Assembly: GCA_965223295.1 (NCBI GenBank)
Contig: CBDCWC010000002.1
Coordinates: forward strand, 1,536,001 to 1,600,000
Reading direction: 5' to 3'
DNA length: 64,000 nt
Origin: Nitrospirales bacterium
GTDB lineage: Bacteria > Nitrospirota > Nitrospiria > Nitrospirales > UBA8639
Below, in pieces: positions 1 through 9,604 of the stretch (position 1 is the stretch's first letter; every line of letters starts with the position of its first letter). The position numbers and the translations under genes were made by a program. Below the pieces are notes generated by a model. It was not told where the DNA came from, ran no database searches, and saw nothing but the letters and a program-made list of their open reading frames with translations.

Positions 1-415
1 TGCCGCCACCTTCGAGGTCAGTGTCGATGCCGGTCAGTTCCATTTTATTTCCAACCCGCCACCATTCGGCAGACACCTCAGAAAGGGCACCTTTCGAAGT
101 ATAAAATTTTGCGCTAGGAATACTCACAGATTGGTTTTCGGTTTTGTGGATTTCCATGACCGTCGTTTTTAATGTGGTATCTTCAACTTTGAGCATTTCT
201 GGTGTGCTCGTGAGTAAGAACCGGTCATTAGGATTCGTTTCCCAGGCATTCTGTTTTAATGTGGCAACTTGCGTTCCTGTCGGCATAAACACCCCCATCG
301 TCAAAACCAATTTCTGTTGGTCTTCCACCCATTCAATGCGGAGCTGTTCTTTGCCATGCGCCACAAACGTGCCATTGGTATTTCGCAAAGTATTGGTACC
401 TAACTGAATATCCAC
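1..415 (-). CDS. hypothetical protein, 3' end runs off the window
   Basis: GTG at 415, 8 nt after AAGGAGG. The frame reads VDIQLGTNTLRNTNGTFVAHGKEQLRIEW... and stays open to position 1. Not in the ORF track because no stop lies in the window. Confidence 0.7.
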   Translation of the reverse strand, partial: MDIQLGTNTLRNTNGTFVAHGKEQLRIEWVEDQQKLVLTMGVFMPTGTQVATLKQNAWETNPNDRFLLTSTPEMLKVEDTTLKTTVMEIHKTENQSVSIPSAKFYTSKGALSEVSAEWWRVGNKMELTGIDTDLEGGG

Positions 416-531
416 CGAAACATCCTCCTTCTGACACTCAAAACTATTTTCTCACGATTATTCCTGAGAAGCTTCCTAAAATTCAAGTGATGTGAGTTGG
501 GATACTATCACGGGGCTCGAAATCCATAGAC

Positions 532-1530
532 CTAGACTGATGAGGTGGTCTCTGTGGGAATGGAAAGATCTTTGCCCTTTAACACCATCAAACACACCAA
601 CCCGATCACAATCCAAAGAATTTCCCTGACTCGGCGGATGAGCGCAAAGGTAATTCCTGTGACTTCGGTATACCCGAAACTCACAAGAAGGACGGTGTAC
701 CCAGCTTCTTGAGCGCCTAAACTGCCGGGAATAAAAAACGTGCCCCCTTTGATAAACACCGTCAATGCGGCAATTGAAATGGAGGCCCACACATCAACGC
801 TGACATTCAGACAATACAAAATGGCATAGACTTCCAGCGTTTCACAAAACCACGCCAGAAAAAACGTACCCAATGCTACATAAAACGTGCGTCGATTTTG
901 GGAATAAAACCGTCGTATCGTGTCATCCATCTCTTGTAATTGACTTTCCCGTTTTTCAAGAAACCCGAGTTGAATACCACAGGTCCGCAAGAGCGTTAAC
1001 GACCCCATCCCTAAGCCATATCGTTGAAATAAGACAAACAGACCCACGCCAAATGCCAGGAGGCCCAAACTGGCCAGCATGGCTAGCCAGTAGTGGCTGG
1101 CGGCATCCATGATCCAAAACGCAAGACCTAATCCCACTAAAATAAACAGCATTTGCGCCAATGTCATCGTGGTCTTCGCGGTAATGACGGAAGCCATTCC
1201 CTCAACCATCGGGACGCCATAGCGTTTGAGCAAATAGGCCTTTAAGGGTTCTCCACCCACATAAGCCGCAGGCGTCGTGACATTCACCGTTTCACCTGCC
1301 ATACGAATAGCAAATAACCGGAGAAATCCCACACGCCGAGCAGAGGCCCCTAATGTGAGCCACCAACCCCAGGCTTCCAGCCCGTAGACCACAATCATCG
1401 GAAGAAGAATCATGCAGAAAGAAAGCGGCCCGATTTGTGAGAGAGCCTGAAGAATCGGGGGGATACCGATGTGCCACACAATCCCGACCAAGGCAACCAG
1501 CCCAAAAGTCAGGAAGATAATCTTAAGCAC
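532..1530 (-). CDS. flippase-like / lysylphosphatidylglycerol-synthase TM-domain membrane protein (HpnL-like)
   Basis: Multi-TM protein with the motifs GETVNVTTPAAYVGGEPLKAY and FFIPGSLGAQEAG. Likely GTG start at 1530 overlaps the upstream stop. Confidence 0.8.
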   Translation of the reverse strand: MLKIIFLTFGLVALVGIVWHIGIPPILQALSQIGPLSFCMILLPMIVVYGLEAWGWWLTLGASARRVGFLRLFAIRMAGETVNVTTPAAYVGGEPLKAYLLKRYGVPMVEGMASVITAKTTMTLAQMLFILVGLGLAFWIMDAASHYWLAMLASLGLLAFGVGLFVLFQRYGLGMGSLTLLRTCGIQLGFLEKRESQLQEMDDTIRRFYSQNRRTFYVALGTFFLAWFCETLEVYAILYCLNVSVDVWASISIAALTVFIKGGTFFIPGSLGAQEAGYTVLLVSFGYTEVTGITFALIRRVREILWIVIGLVCLMVLKGKDLSIPTETTSSV

Positions 1531-3010
1531 GAGAGATGAGGTTTCGACGGAGGAGCCAGGCCATTGACATGACAAAAAACCACGAACCGATCGCGGCCAA
1601 GGCTAAGAACCAGTTGAGGAAGCCCAAACCCGCACAAATCAGGACAACCACTGAAAAATCCCTATTGGCGACGTTGCTTAACATAAAATCTATTTTTTCG
1701 TGTTCCCTTTTTGTATATCGCTGCGAATCTCGTGGACGTGACTGCACCTGTCGGGCTGCGTTCACGAGCAATAAAGACACCACGTTTGCCAAGACGGCAG
1801 ATGCGCCAAGCACTAAAGGCAACAGCGTGTGCTCCCAAGGTCCCTGAAGATAGAGACCACAGGCGATCCCTGCAAAAACCGCCATATGAACGACATTATC
1901 AGCCCAAATATCCAATTCCTGGCCAAATTTTGATTCCGAAAAGGTCAGTCGCGCCACCTCGCCATCGCAGCAATCAATGATCACTGACAACTGAAAGAGC
2001 AACGCACCAATCAGGGCAAATTCCCAAGACCCAGGAATAAAAAATCCAGCCGCCACCAACCCCACGATCATGGAAATCATGGTAATCGTGTTCGGTGACC
2101 AATGAAGCCGTAAAAATAACCGCGTGAACAGACCGGAACATTTTCGATTCACATAACGATCGACAAAACCGTCCAGTCCTCCTTTTAATGATTGCAGCGA
2201 ACGAATCAACGTTTGCTCTGCGTATTTTTGACCTTTTGGGCCACGTACATCGCGGAACCAATGCCTTCCGCCAGGAATAGCCTGGACCGTGCCTTCAACA
2301 GCAGCCTGCTCCAACGCTAAACGCAAGGGATTCGTCCCCTGAGCATGCAACACACCAGAGATTCCTAGTAGCCGCCCCGGTAAGACCATAAGGTCACCAA
2401 CAAGTGGCAGTCGTAAACGCTCTCTCGTCTGGCTTTGTGAAGCCGTGTCCATTGATGACGACATGGGCGGATCGCGAAAGACAAGAGAAGAGGTCGTACG
2501 CCCTTCAACCGCTTCCGCCTTGATGACCACGCCTGGGTTTCCCACATGATAGCCTTCATCCGGCCGTCCCACGACGACCACTGCTTTACCTTGCGCACCT
2601 TCCCGCCGTAATCGCTGAACCAGTGACGCAGAAAATACTGTGTGACACCCGACCACCATGCATGCTCCACTCACCTCATCAGCCAAGGTTTCCCATGTTT
2701 GCGGATCATGGGGAGGAAACTCGCGAACGGGCAGCCACCGCACAGCAGCTTGCAGCCGGCTATCTTCTCGCAACAATTGCCGTAACGTTCTTTCTTCTTG
2801 TCCTGCCAGCACCCATATTTGAGAAATGCCTCCGCGTTGTAGGGTCAGGACTGCTCGCTGAAACAGCGTCATTCCCCCAACGCGCAGAAGTGGACTGGGG
2901 ATGGCTTCTCCGGCACCCAGACCTCCCGGAGTAAACACGCCAGAAGACGTCAGCAGAATCGCTGTATCGACGGCATCTGTGGTTTCTTGTTTGAGAATTC
3001 CATCCATCAT
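1523..3010 (-). CDS. CDP-alcohol phosphatidyltransferase with an N-terminal nucleotidyltransferase-like domain
   Basis: CDP-OH transferase signature DCCDGEVARLTFSESKFGQELDIWAD, plus PNTIT. The N-terminus (PLLRVGGMTLFQRAVLTL) is NTP-transferase-like. Confidence 0.85.
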   Translation of the reverse strand: MMDGILKQETTDAVDTAILLTSSGVFTPGGLGAGEAIPSPLLRVGGMTLFQRAVLTLQRGGISQIWVLAGQEERTLRQLLREDSRLQAAVRWLPVREFPPHDPQTWETLADEVSGACMVVGCHTVFSASLVQRLRREGAQGKAVVVVGRPDEGYHVGNPGVVIKAEAVEGRTTSSLVFRDPPMSSSMDTASQSQTRERLRLPLVGDLMVLPGRLLGISGVLHAQGTNPLRLALEQAAVEGTVQAIPGGRHWFRDVRGPKGQKYAEQTLIRSLQSLKGGLDGFVDRYVNRKCSGLFTRLFLRLHWSPNTITMISMIVGLVAAGFFIPGSWEFALIGALLFQLSVIIDCCDGEVARLTFSESKFGQELDIWADNVVHMAVFAGIACGLYLQGPWEHTLLPLVLGASAVLANVVSLLLVNAARQVQSRPRDSQRYTKREHEKIDFMLSNVANRDFSVVVLICAGLGFLNWFLALAAIGSWFFVMSMAWLLRRNLISRA

Positions 3011-3020
3011 GACACCTGCA

Positions 3021-3794
3021 TCAGCTCAACGATGATGACGTGACAGAGACACATGACTCATTATTCTCTATAGCTTGTATCGCTGGCAAGACATGTGACC
3101 TTGCTCGCTGAATATCTTCAGGAAAATCAATTTCTATCCAGGGCAATCCGCCAATTTTTTCATAGCCCACCGAAACATCCCGGAAAAAAGTCGCGAGGGC
3201 ATCCTCATATTCCATATCCAACCGATCGGCATCGATACAAGCTTGGACAGACCGCAAGAGAGAAGGAATATCGTGTCTCTGTACCTTGAGAAAACCCACA
3301 CCTTCTCCAGCTTCTTCAAATTCAGCAGGAAGAACTTTACTCAACGAGAGAACACGTCCACCACGGGCAGCAACCATACATTCTTCGGATTCTTGTTTCA
3401 CCGTCTCATCCATCAATAACGCGGAAGCCTGGGTCGACCGCACAAGGCGAGTCAAAATTTCGGAAGCATACAAGACATCGGCATCCATAAGCACCACATC
3501 AGCATCCATTTCTTCTCGAGCTGCCCATAAAGAAGTGATACTTCCACGCTCAAATTGCTCGTTCACAACCCATTGTATAGGAACGTGATGAGATTCTGCC
3601 GCCACTGCTTCACGAATCGCCTCTTGTGCGAACCCTACGACTAACACAACTTGAGATATACCTAGCTGCGTGAGGTATTCAATGTGTCGTGACAAAAGAC
3701 TCCGCCCGCCAATTTCCATCAAACATTTGGGCTTGCCTTGCGTCACACTTTGTAAACGGCGTCCCACGCCCGCTGCAAGAATAACGGCCTTCAT
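3021..3794 (-). CDS. phosphocholine/phosphonate cytidylyltransferase (LicC/PntC family)
   Basis: Motifs MKAVILAAGVGRRL, KPKCL, DADV and WIEIDFPED. Confidence 0.85.
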   Translation of the reverse strand: MKAVILAAGVGRRLQSVTQGKPKCLMEIGGRSLLSRHIEYLTQLGISQVVLVVGFAQEAIREAVAAESHHVPIQWVVNEQFERGSITSLWAAREEMDADVVLMDADVLYASEILTRLVRSTQASALLMDETVKQESEECMVAARGGRVLSLSKVLPAEFEEAGEGVGFLKVQRHDIPSLLRSVQACIDADRLDMEYEDALATFFRDVSVGYEKIGGLPWIEIDFPEDIQRARSHVLPAIQAIENNESCVSVTSSSLS

Positions 3795-4879
3795 CCTCTT
3801 ATTTTCTCCAATGTTTCCTGAAATGCCGAGAGAAACCCGTTGATATTCTCATCCGTCAATGCGCCGATATTCGCGACTCGAAAGATTTTATCCTCCAATT
3901 GAGCTTGCCCGGCATAGATCACATAGCCTGCTTGTTTCAAACCATCATGAAGCTCAGGATAGGGCACCCCATCAGGCAGATGAAACGCCGTCAAGGTATT
4001 GCCCTGCACTTCAGGCGGTAACACCGCCTTCACCCCCAGTTCTTGCATACGTGACCGAATTGCCGACGCATAGCCCTGGAACCGTTGCAGCCGATTGTTC
4101 ACTCCTTCTTCCAGCAATTCATCCAAGGCTTCCCGAAAGGCATAATACACTTGGACGGCTGGTGTGAAGGGAATCGTCCCGCGTTCCTGCTCATCATAAT
4201 AGTTAGCCAAGTTCAAGTACCAGGAACGCTTGGGATATTTCTTTGCTTGCTCCATAAACCCCTTCCGCACCAAGACAAATGATACACCGGGAAATCCCTG
4301 AATACATTTCTGGGCTGACCCCGCTACCAGATACATGTGACTGCCACCAATGTCTAACGCTTCTCCGCCTAAACCACTCACCGAATCCAGCATAAACACA
4401 CGATTTTTCCCATCCACCATATCTGCAATTTCTTTGACGGGGTTGATAAAGCCCAGCGTCGTCTCATGATGCACCATAGCCACGGTATACACCTCTGGAT
4501 GTTGGATCATCGCCAGCTCCACCTTCTTCACATCCGGAGCAACTCCCCAATCAAATTTCATATCGGGCACACCGAGGCGATGCATTTTGATCATGGCGGA
4601 CAACCGTTCCCCATAAATCCCATTGGTGATGACCATCGCCCGTTTTCCCATGGGCAAACTGGACAGCAGCGCCGCTTCCACCGCGGCTGTGCCAGAGCCC
4701 GTGAGAAGAATTGCTGTATATTCGTCTTCCTCCCCAGGAACAAACGCTTTCAGCAACTTCTGGCGAATATCGAGAATTAATTCCGCACATTCCGACTCCC
4801 GATGACAAATATCCGGCTGCAACAAGGCTTGCCGCACACGCTCAGACACATTCACCGGGCCCGGGTTCAACAAAATCAT
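3791..4879 (-). CDS. 2-aminoethylphosphonate aminotransferase-like class V PLP enzyme (PhnW/AepZ family)
   Basis: Motifs LLNPGPV, DICHRE, GSGTAAVEA, VHHETTLG, DSVSG, SAQKCIQG (PLP lysine), PFTPAVQ and IYAGQ. Confidence 0.85.
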   Translation of the reverse strand: MILLNPGPVNVSERVRQALLQPDICHRESECAELILDIRQKLLKAFVPGEEDEYTAILLTGSGTAAVEAALLSSLPMGKRAMVITNGIYGERLSAMIKMHRLGVPDMKFDWGVAPDVKKVELAMIQHPEVYTVAMVHHETTLGFINPVKEIADMVDGKNRVFMLDSVSGLGGEALDIGGSHMYLVAGSAQKCIQGFPGVSFVLVRKGFMEQAKKYPKRSWYLNLANYYDEQERGTIPFTPAVQVYYAFREALDELLEEGVNNRLQRFQGYASAIRSRMQELGVKAVLPPEVQGNTLTAFHLPDGVPYPELHDGLKQAGYVIYAGQAQLEDKIFRVANIGALTDENINGFLSAFQETLEKIRG

Positions 4880-4926
4880 TTCGTGCAGTCCTTTATCGAA
4901 AATACAACGAGATTCACATCATCAAT

Positions 4927-5508
4927 TTAAGAAAGACTCAGTTTAAACCGCTTCGTCATCTCAGCTGGAGGTAACACAATGCGATCAGCATCTTCCAATT
5001 GTTCATTGACCTTGATCAACAGAAAACTAGGACCAGTATCAGCAAGCATCGTCTTAAACTCATAGACAATATCTTCCCTTTCCCACACTCGTTCTATATT
5101 GACATAACCGGCTGCCTTGGCCATTTTGTCTAGGCCGACAAATCGCGAATACGTGGGCTGATTCCCCGTCGTCCCATACACTTCATTATCAAAGACCACA
5201 TGAATCAAATTCTTCGGTTTCAATGCTCCAATTGTGGCCAGCGTCCCTAAACTCATCAATACATTTCCATCGCCGTCAAAAATCACGACCGTTTTCTGTG
5301 GCTGTGCTAATGCTAATCCCAAACCAATCCCAGCCGTCGCCCCCATGGACCCAATCATATAAAAATTCTGATCACGGTCACGTAACTTACAAGCCTCGCG
5401 CGAAGGGAACCCATTACACACGATCAGCGGCTCATCCGTGAGCAATTCAAAAATCGCCGCCATGGCCTGCGCCCGGCTTTGCATCACCCCTTCTTCAGGA
5501 CCAATCAT
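4927..5508 (-). CDS. phosphonopyruvate/sulfopyruvate decarboxylase beta subunit (TPP-binding, ComE-like)
   Basis: Motifs NGFPSRE, NFYMIGSMG and the TPP motif DGDGNVLM...DNEVYGTTGNQ. Start moved to the ATG at 5508. Confidence 0.85.
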   Translation of the reverse strand: MIGPEEGVMQSRAQAMAAIFELLTDEPLIVCNGFPSREACKLRDRDQNFYMIGSMGATAGIGLGLALAQPQKTVVIFDGDGNVLMSLGTLATIGALKPKNLIHVVFDNEVYGTTGNQPTYSRFVGLDKMAKAAGYVNIERVWEREDIVYEFKTMLADTGPSFLLIKVNEQLEDADRIVLPPAEMTKRFKLSLS

Positions 5509-5614
5509 CAGGAAGCCTCGTGAAAAGTAAGAAGACAAGGTAAAAAAAGGCCCCAACAATAGCTAACTGATGTATTCCTCATCTTATCTTCTCACGTTTT
5601 CCTTTTCACTCCTT

Positions 5615-6118
5615 TTATGGCTGCACCGTTTTCACTATGCCTTTTTTCAACAGCAGTGCCACCGGAATCCGCTGTTCCATAAAAGTTTTAGCCGTCCATT
5701 GAAGATCTTCAGTAATCGTCCCGGGTGTGAGTGTCCGGTGAGGAATTTTGACCATATCCAGAAGCGCCGTCATCGTTGCCCCCATGACCAAATGTTCCGG
5801 CGCATCTTTCCCTTCAAACCCGCGCCAAGACACCAGTAATAGACAAGGAATTTGATAAATTAAATTCAGTGACTCCAAGATATTCAGCGCATTGCCTAAC
5901 CCTGAATTCTGCATCAGCACAGCAGGTATCTTCCCGCCAAAATAGGCCCCAGCCGCCATGGCTACCGCCTCATCTTCACGAACGGCAGGCGTATACATCC
6001 GCTCTTCCGTTAAATGCGCAATAATCCCTCCAAGAATGGTATCCGGCACTCCTGTAAAGAAGTCAAACCCGATTCCCTGAAGACCTTTCACAAAATCATC
6101 GGCTTCTAACATTGCCAT
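5615..6118 (-). CDS. phosphonopyruvate/sulfopyruvate decarboxylase alpha subunit (ComD-like)
   Basis: Motifs FFTGVPD, REDEAVAMAAGA, LMQNSGLGN and WRG...DAPEH. Confidence 0.85.
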   Translation of the reverse strand: MAMLEADDFVKGLQGIGFDFFTGVPDTILGGIIAHLTEERMYTPAVREDEAVAMAAGAYFGGKIPAVLMQNSGLGNALNILESLNLIYQIPCLLLVSWRGFEGKDAPEHLVMGATMTALLDMVKIPHRTLTPGTITEDLQWTAKTFMEQRIPVALLLKKGIVKTVQP

Positions 6119-6403
6119 CCGTTCAGCGCATGACACAACGCTCGTGTTCGCTCAAAAGTGAGCGAGGCGTGCGTCTCAAAAAAATTTTCAGATTAAAGGT
6201 CCCTACTGGAACGATTAGTGGATAACACCGGCACACGTAGAATGAGGAAATATGCCGAACAAAAAGGTGATTATAGCCCTCAACTAGGACGGTTCTCAAG
6301 AAAACTGATCGAGGAAGTTGCAAGAAAAATTCAGAAAAGAGTAGACTGGCCCATTGCCTTGACAAACAGGTTTCTTTTCAATTTCAGAAGAATTCAGAAT
6401 GTC

Positions 6404-6805
6404 ATGAAATCAAAAAAACGAGTATCGAAATCTACGTACACCGAAGAGCATGCCAAAAGCGGATTAACAGCAAGACTGCCTAAACTGGAAACCTGGCCTA
6501 ACCAATATCCCGGCTATCAAATTACGATCGACATTCCAGAATACACCGCCATCTGTCCGAAGACCGGCCTCCCTGACTTTGGAACCATCCAACTCACCTA
6601 TGTACCAGATCAATCCTGCGTCGAACTTAAATCACTCAAAGTCTATATTCACGCCTATCGTAATCTTGGCATCTTCTACGAAAATGCCGTCAACAAAATT
6701 TTGGCCGACGTCGTGAAAGCCTGTAAGCCGGTGTCAGCGACTGTTGTCGGAGATTTCACCGCCCGTGGCGGCCTCAGCAGCACCATCCAAGCCTCCTACC
6801 CTTGA
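6404..6805 (+). CDS. queF: NADPH-dependent preQ0 reductase QueF (short type)
   Basis: Motifs PEYTAICPKTGLPDFG, ELKSLK and ARGGL. ATG 6404 is the likely start, as the ORF-track 5' extension does not look like QueF. Confidence 0.93.
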   Translation: MKSKKRVSKSTYTEEHAKSGLTARLPKLETWPNQYPGYQITIDIPEYTAICPKTGLPDFGTIQLTYVPDQSCVELKSLKVYIHAYRNLGIFYENAVNKILADVVKACKPVSATVVGDFTARGGLSSTIQASYP

Positions 6806-6823
6806 GGAACAAAATAAACAGCC

Positions 6824-6871
6824 ATTTAGGGGTCAGACTCGAATTAAACAATTCGAGTCTGACCCCTAAAT
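6824..6871. repeat. palindromic REP-like repeat, GGGGTCAGACTCGA family, locus 1
   Basis: ATTTAGGGGTCAGACTCGAATT-aaac-AATTCGAGTCTGACCCCTAAAT: a 22-bp perfect stem between convergent genes. Confidence 0.9.
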
Positions 6872-6885
6872 ATAAAACAGCTTTT

Positions 6886-7998
6886 CTATTTGAAGAATTG
6901 GGTGATGGATTCGACGATGTAGGTGAGTTGATCGATGGTGAGTTCAGGATAGATGGGCAGTGAGAGAACTTCTTGGGCAGCGTGTTCGGCGACGGGAAAA
7001 GCTCCTTTGTGATAGCCCAATGTCTCGTAACATTCCTGAAGGTGAAGAGGGACGGGGTAATAGATCCGATTACCGATGTTGTTTTCAGTTAAATATTCAC
7101 TCAACTCATCTCGTTTAGGAGTCTGGATGGTGAATTGGTTGTAGACATGAGTATTCCCTGCCGCTACCTTAGGAAGCTTCACCCGATCATCTAATCCATA
7201 CTCATGAAACAGCTGTTGATACATAGAGGCATTGTGTTGCCTTTTCTCAGTCCACTCGGCTAAGTATTGAAACTTTACCTGTAACACTGCAGCTTGTAGC
7301 GCATCCAATCGGCTGTTCATGCCAATGAGATGGTGATGATATTCTGACCGGCTTCCATGCACCCGCATCAGGCACAACCGTTCTGCCACCTTTGAATCAT
7401 CTGTCGTGATAAGCCCGCCGTCACCAAACGCGCCTAAGTTTTTTGAAGGGAAAAAGCTGAAACAGCCCGTCCGCCCAAATGCCCCAGCTTTGATATCATT
7501 GCGCGTTGCGCCAATGGCCTGACAGGCATCCTCAATAACGGGAATCCCGTTCGCATCCGCCACCTTGTTGATAGCCTCCATGTCGGCACATTGCCCAAAG
7601 AGATGCACCGGAAGTATGGCTTTGGTTCGCACGGTAATTTTATCGGCCAATTGTTGAGGATCTAGATTGAATGTGTCTGCACACACATCCACAAACATGG
7701 GGCGGGCATGGAGTCGAGAGATCACACCGGTCGATGCAAAAAACGTAAAGGGAACCGTCAACACTTCATCATCAGGCTGCAGATCGAGTTCCATCAGGGA
7801 AAGCAGTAGTGCATCGCTCCCTGAGGCCACGCCAATCGCATAGTTGGTCCCAATGAATTGGGCTAGCGTCTCTTCCAGCTGTTCAACATAGGCGCCAAGG
7901 ATAAAGCTTTGCTTGGCACAGACTTCTTCTATCACCTTGGTGATTTCGGGTTGAATACGAAGATATTGTGTTTTGAGGTCCAGCAGAGGGACATTCAC
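6886..7998 (-). CDS. DegT/DnrJ/EryC1/StrS family PLP sugar aminotransferase
   Basis: Motifs SGSDAL, PVHLFGQ, IEDACQA, SFFPSKNLGAFGDGG, GMNSRLD and SLPIYP. Confidence 0.93.
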   Translation of the reverse strand: MNVPLLDLKTQYLRIQPEITKVIEEVCAKQSFILGAYVEQLEETLAQFIGTNYAIGVASGSDALLLSLMELDLQPDDEVLTVPFTFFASTGVISRLHARPMFVDVCADTFNLDPQQLADKITVRTKAILPVHLFGQCADMEAINKVADANGIPVIEDACQAIGATRNDIKAGAFGRTGCFSFFPSKNLGAFGDGGLITTDDSKVAERLCLMRVHGSRSEYHHHLIGMNSRLDALQAAVLQVKFQYLAEWTEKRQHNASMYQQLFHEYGLDDRVKLPKVAAGNTHVYNQFTIQTPKRDELSEYLTENNIGNRIYYPVPLHLQECYETLGYHKGAFPVAEHAAQEVLSLPIYPELTIDQLTYIVESITQFFK

Positions 7999-8065
7999 GA
8001 GAACGGGACTCCGTTCAATGACAATCTCTTGTCGTCAGGCACGAGGAAGTAACATGAAATGGGAT

Positions 8066-9391
8066 GGGCCTGTCAAGTTATCTGTGTAACTGATCGTGGT
8101 TAATCAATTATGGGCACGCGGTCTCCAACAATCATGGCAAATTGATTGAGGGCGCGTTTCCACTCGGGAATGGGTACGGTCCATTTTTTGGCAATCCGCT
8201 GCATTCCGAGATAGAGGACTTTGAGAATGGCTTCATCCGTCGGAAACGCCCCCCGTTTTTTTTAGCACCTTCCGCAATGAATAATTGAGCGATTCAATCG
8301 CGTTCGTGGTATAGATCACTTTCCGAATCTCGGACGGATAGTCGAAGAACACCGTCAGTCGCTTCCAGTCTCGTCGCCAACTGGCACTAATGGTGGGATA
8401 TTTTTGATCCCACAGTTGAGCAAAGTTCTCCAAGGCGTCTTCGGCTTCTGAAAGAGTGGGCGCTCCATAGATCGCTCGTAAATCGCGGGCAACAGGGCGA
8501 CGTTCTTTCCAGACCACGTACCGTAAAGCGTGGCGCACTTTATGGACAATGCAGAGTTGCACCTGTGTCTGGGGAAAGATGGTTTCTAAGGCTTCGGGTA
8601 ACCCGATCAGCCCATCGACACAAGCGACAAAGCAATCCTGTACGCCTCGCTGTTGCAATTCCGTGAACACCGCTAACCAAAACTTGGCTCCTTCGGTTTC
8701 ACTGACCCAGAGCCCGAGCAGTTCCTTCTCTCCCGTGAGTGTCACGCCGAGGGCGACATACACGGCTTTGGTTTTGACGGCCCCCTCATGCCGCGATTTC
8801 ACAAATAGGCAATCGAAATACAGGATGGGATACACCATCTCCAAAGGCCGACTCTGCCAGAGCCGCACATCTTCTAAGACGGCATCGGTGATCGTCGAAA
8901 TCAGTGTGGGCGAGACTTCAGTTCCATACAAGTCTTCCAGATGACTTTGAATTTCCCGCGTGGTCAACCCATGGGCATAGAGGGCCAGCACTTTGTCGTC
9001 AAACCCCTCCAAGCGCCGTTGCCGTTTTGGGACAACCGTGGGTTCAAACGTGCCCGCACGATCTCGGGGGACGGCCAGTTCGACCGGCCCTTGGTCCGTT
9101 TGAATGATTTTCGAGCTCGTCCCATTCCGAGTGTTCCCACCCTGAGAAAGGCCTCGGGCATAAGGGGGATAGCCCAGATGATTCGTCAATTCAGCTGTCA
9201 ACGCCCGTTCCACGAGCCGTTTGGTTAAATCCTTCAAAAGGCCATGTTCCCCCAGAATATCTTCGGGCGACTCACAGTCTTTTAATAAGTCATCCAATAA
9301 CGCATCGGTTTTTGTGTTTGGCTTGGTCATCATGTTCTCCTTCTGAAAAATCCGTTATGATAACCAGTTACACACTTAATCTTACAGGCCC
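8066..9391 (-). mobile_element. IS256-family insertion sequence, copy 1 (1326 bp)
   Basis: Imperfect TIRs GGGCCTGTCAAGTTATCTGTGTAACTG / GGGCCTGTAAGATTAAGTGTGTAACTG. The 8-bp TSD AATGGGAT lies at 8058-8065 and 9392-9399. Confidence 0.95.
8100..9333 (-). CDS. IS256 (Mutator-type) transposase, frameshifted near the C-terminus
   Basis: Motifs RNG, VPRDR, DGL, QLCIVH and IYTTNAIES. Frame 0 stops at 8233. The normal tail RGAFPTDEAILKVLYL...KKWT...WKRALNQF continues in the +1 frame to TAA at 8100. Confidence 0.9.
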
Positions 9392-9440
9392 AATGGGATG
9401 ACAACTCATAATTGATAAATATTCTTGTTCTGTCACTCTA

Positions 9441-9472
9441 CCTCCCCTAGCCCCTCCTTACAAAGGAGGGGA
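9441..9472. repeat. short GC-rich REP-like hairpin
   Basis: CCTCCCCTAG-CCCCTCCTT-aca-AAGGAGGGG. Single copy in this window. Confidence 0.4.
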
Positions 9473-9604
9473 ACTGCCGAAATCCTGCCTCACTCTCATT
9501 GCCCTAGGATCAATTTGGAGTGATGCCAGGATATCTCACCATTCGTTAATCCTAAAGCAGGTCAACCATACCAACTGCTCCACTGGAATGCCAAACACCT
9601 CATG

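Noticed and set aside
6140..6403. preQ1 riboswitch, or the 62-codon N-terminal extension of queF
   Set aside because: No recognisable preQ1 aptamer. The extension is not QueF-like and covers the divergent promoter region.
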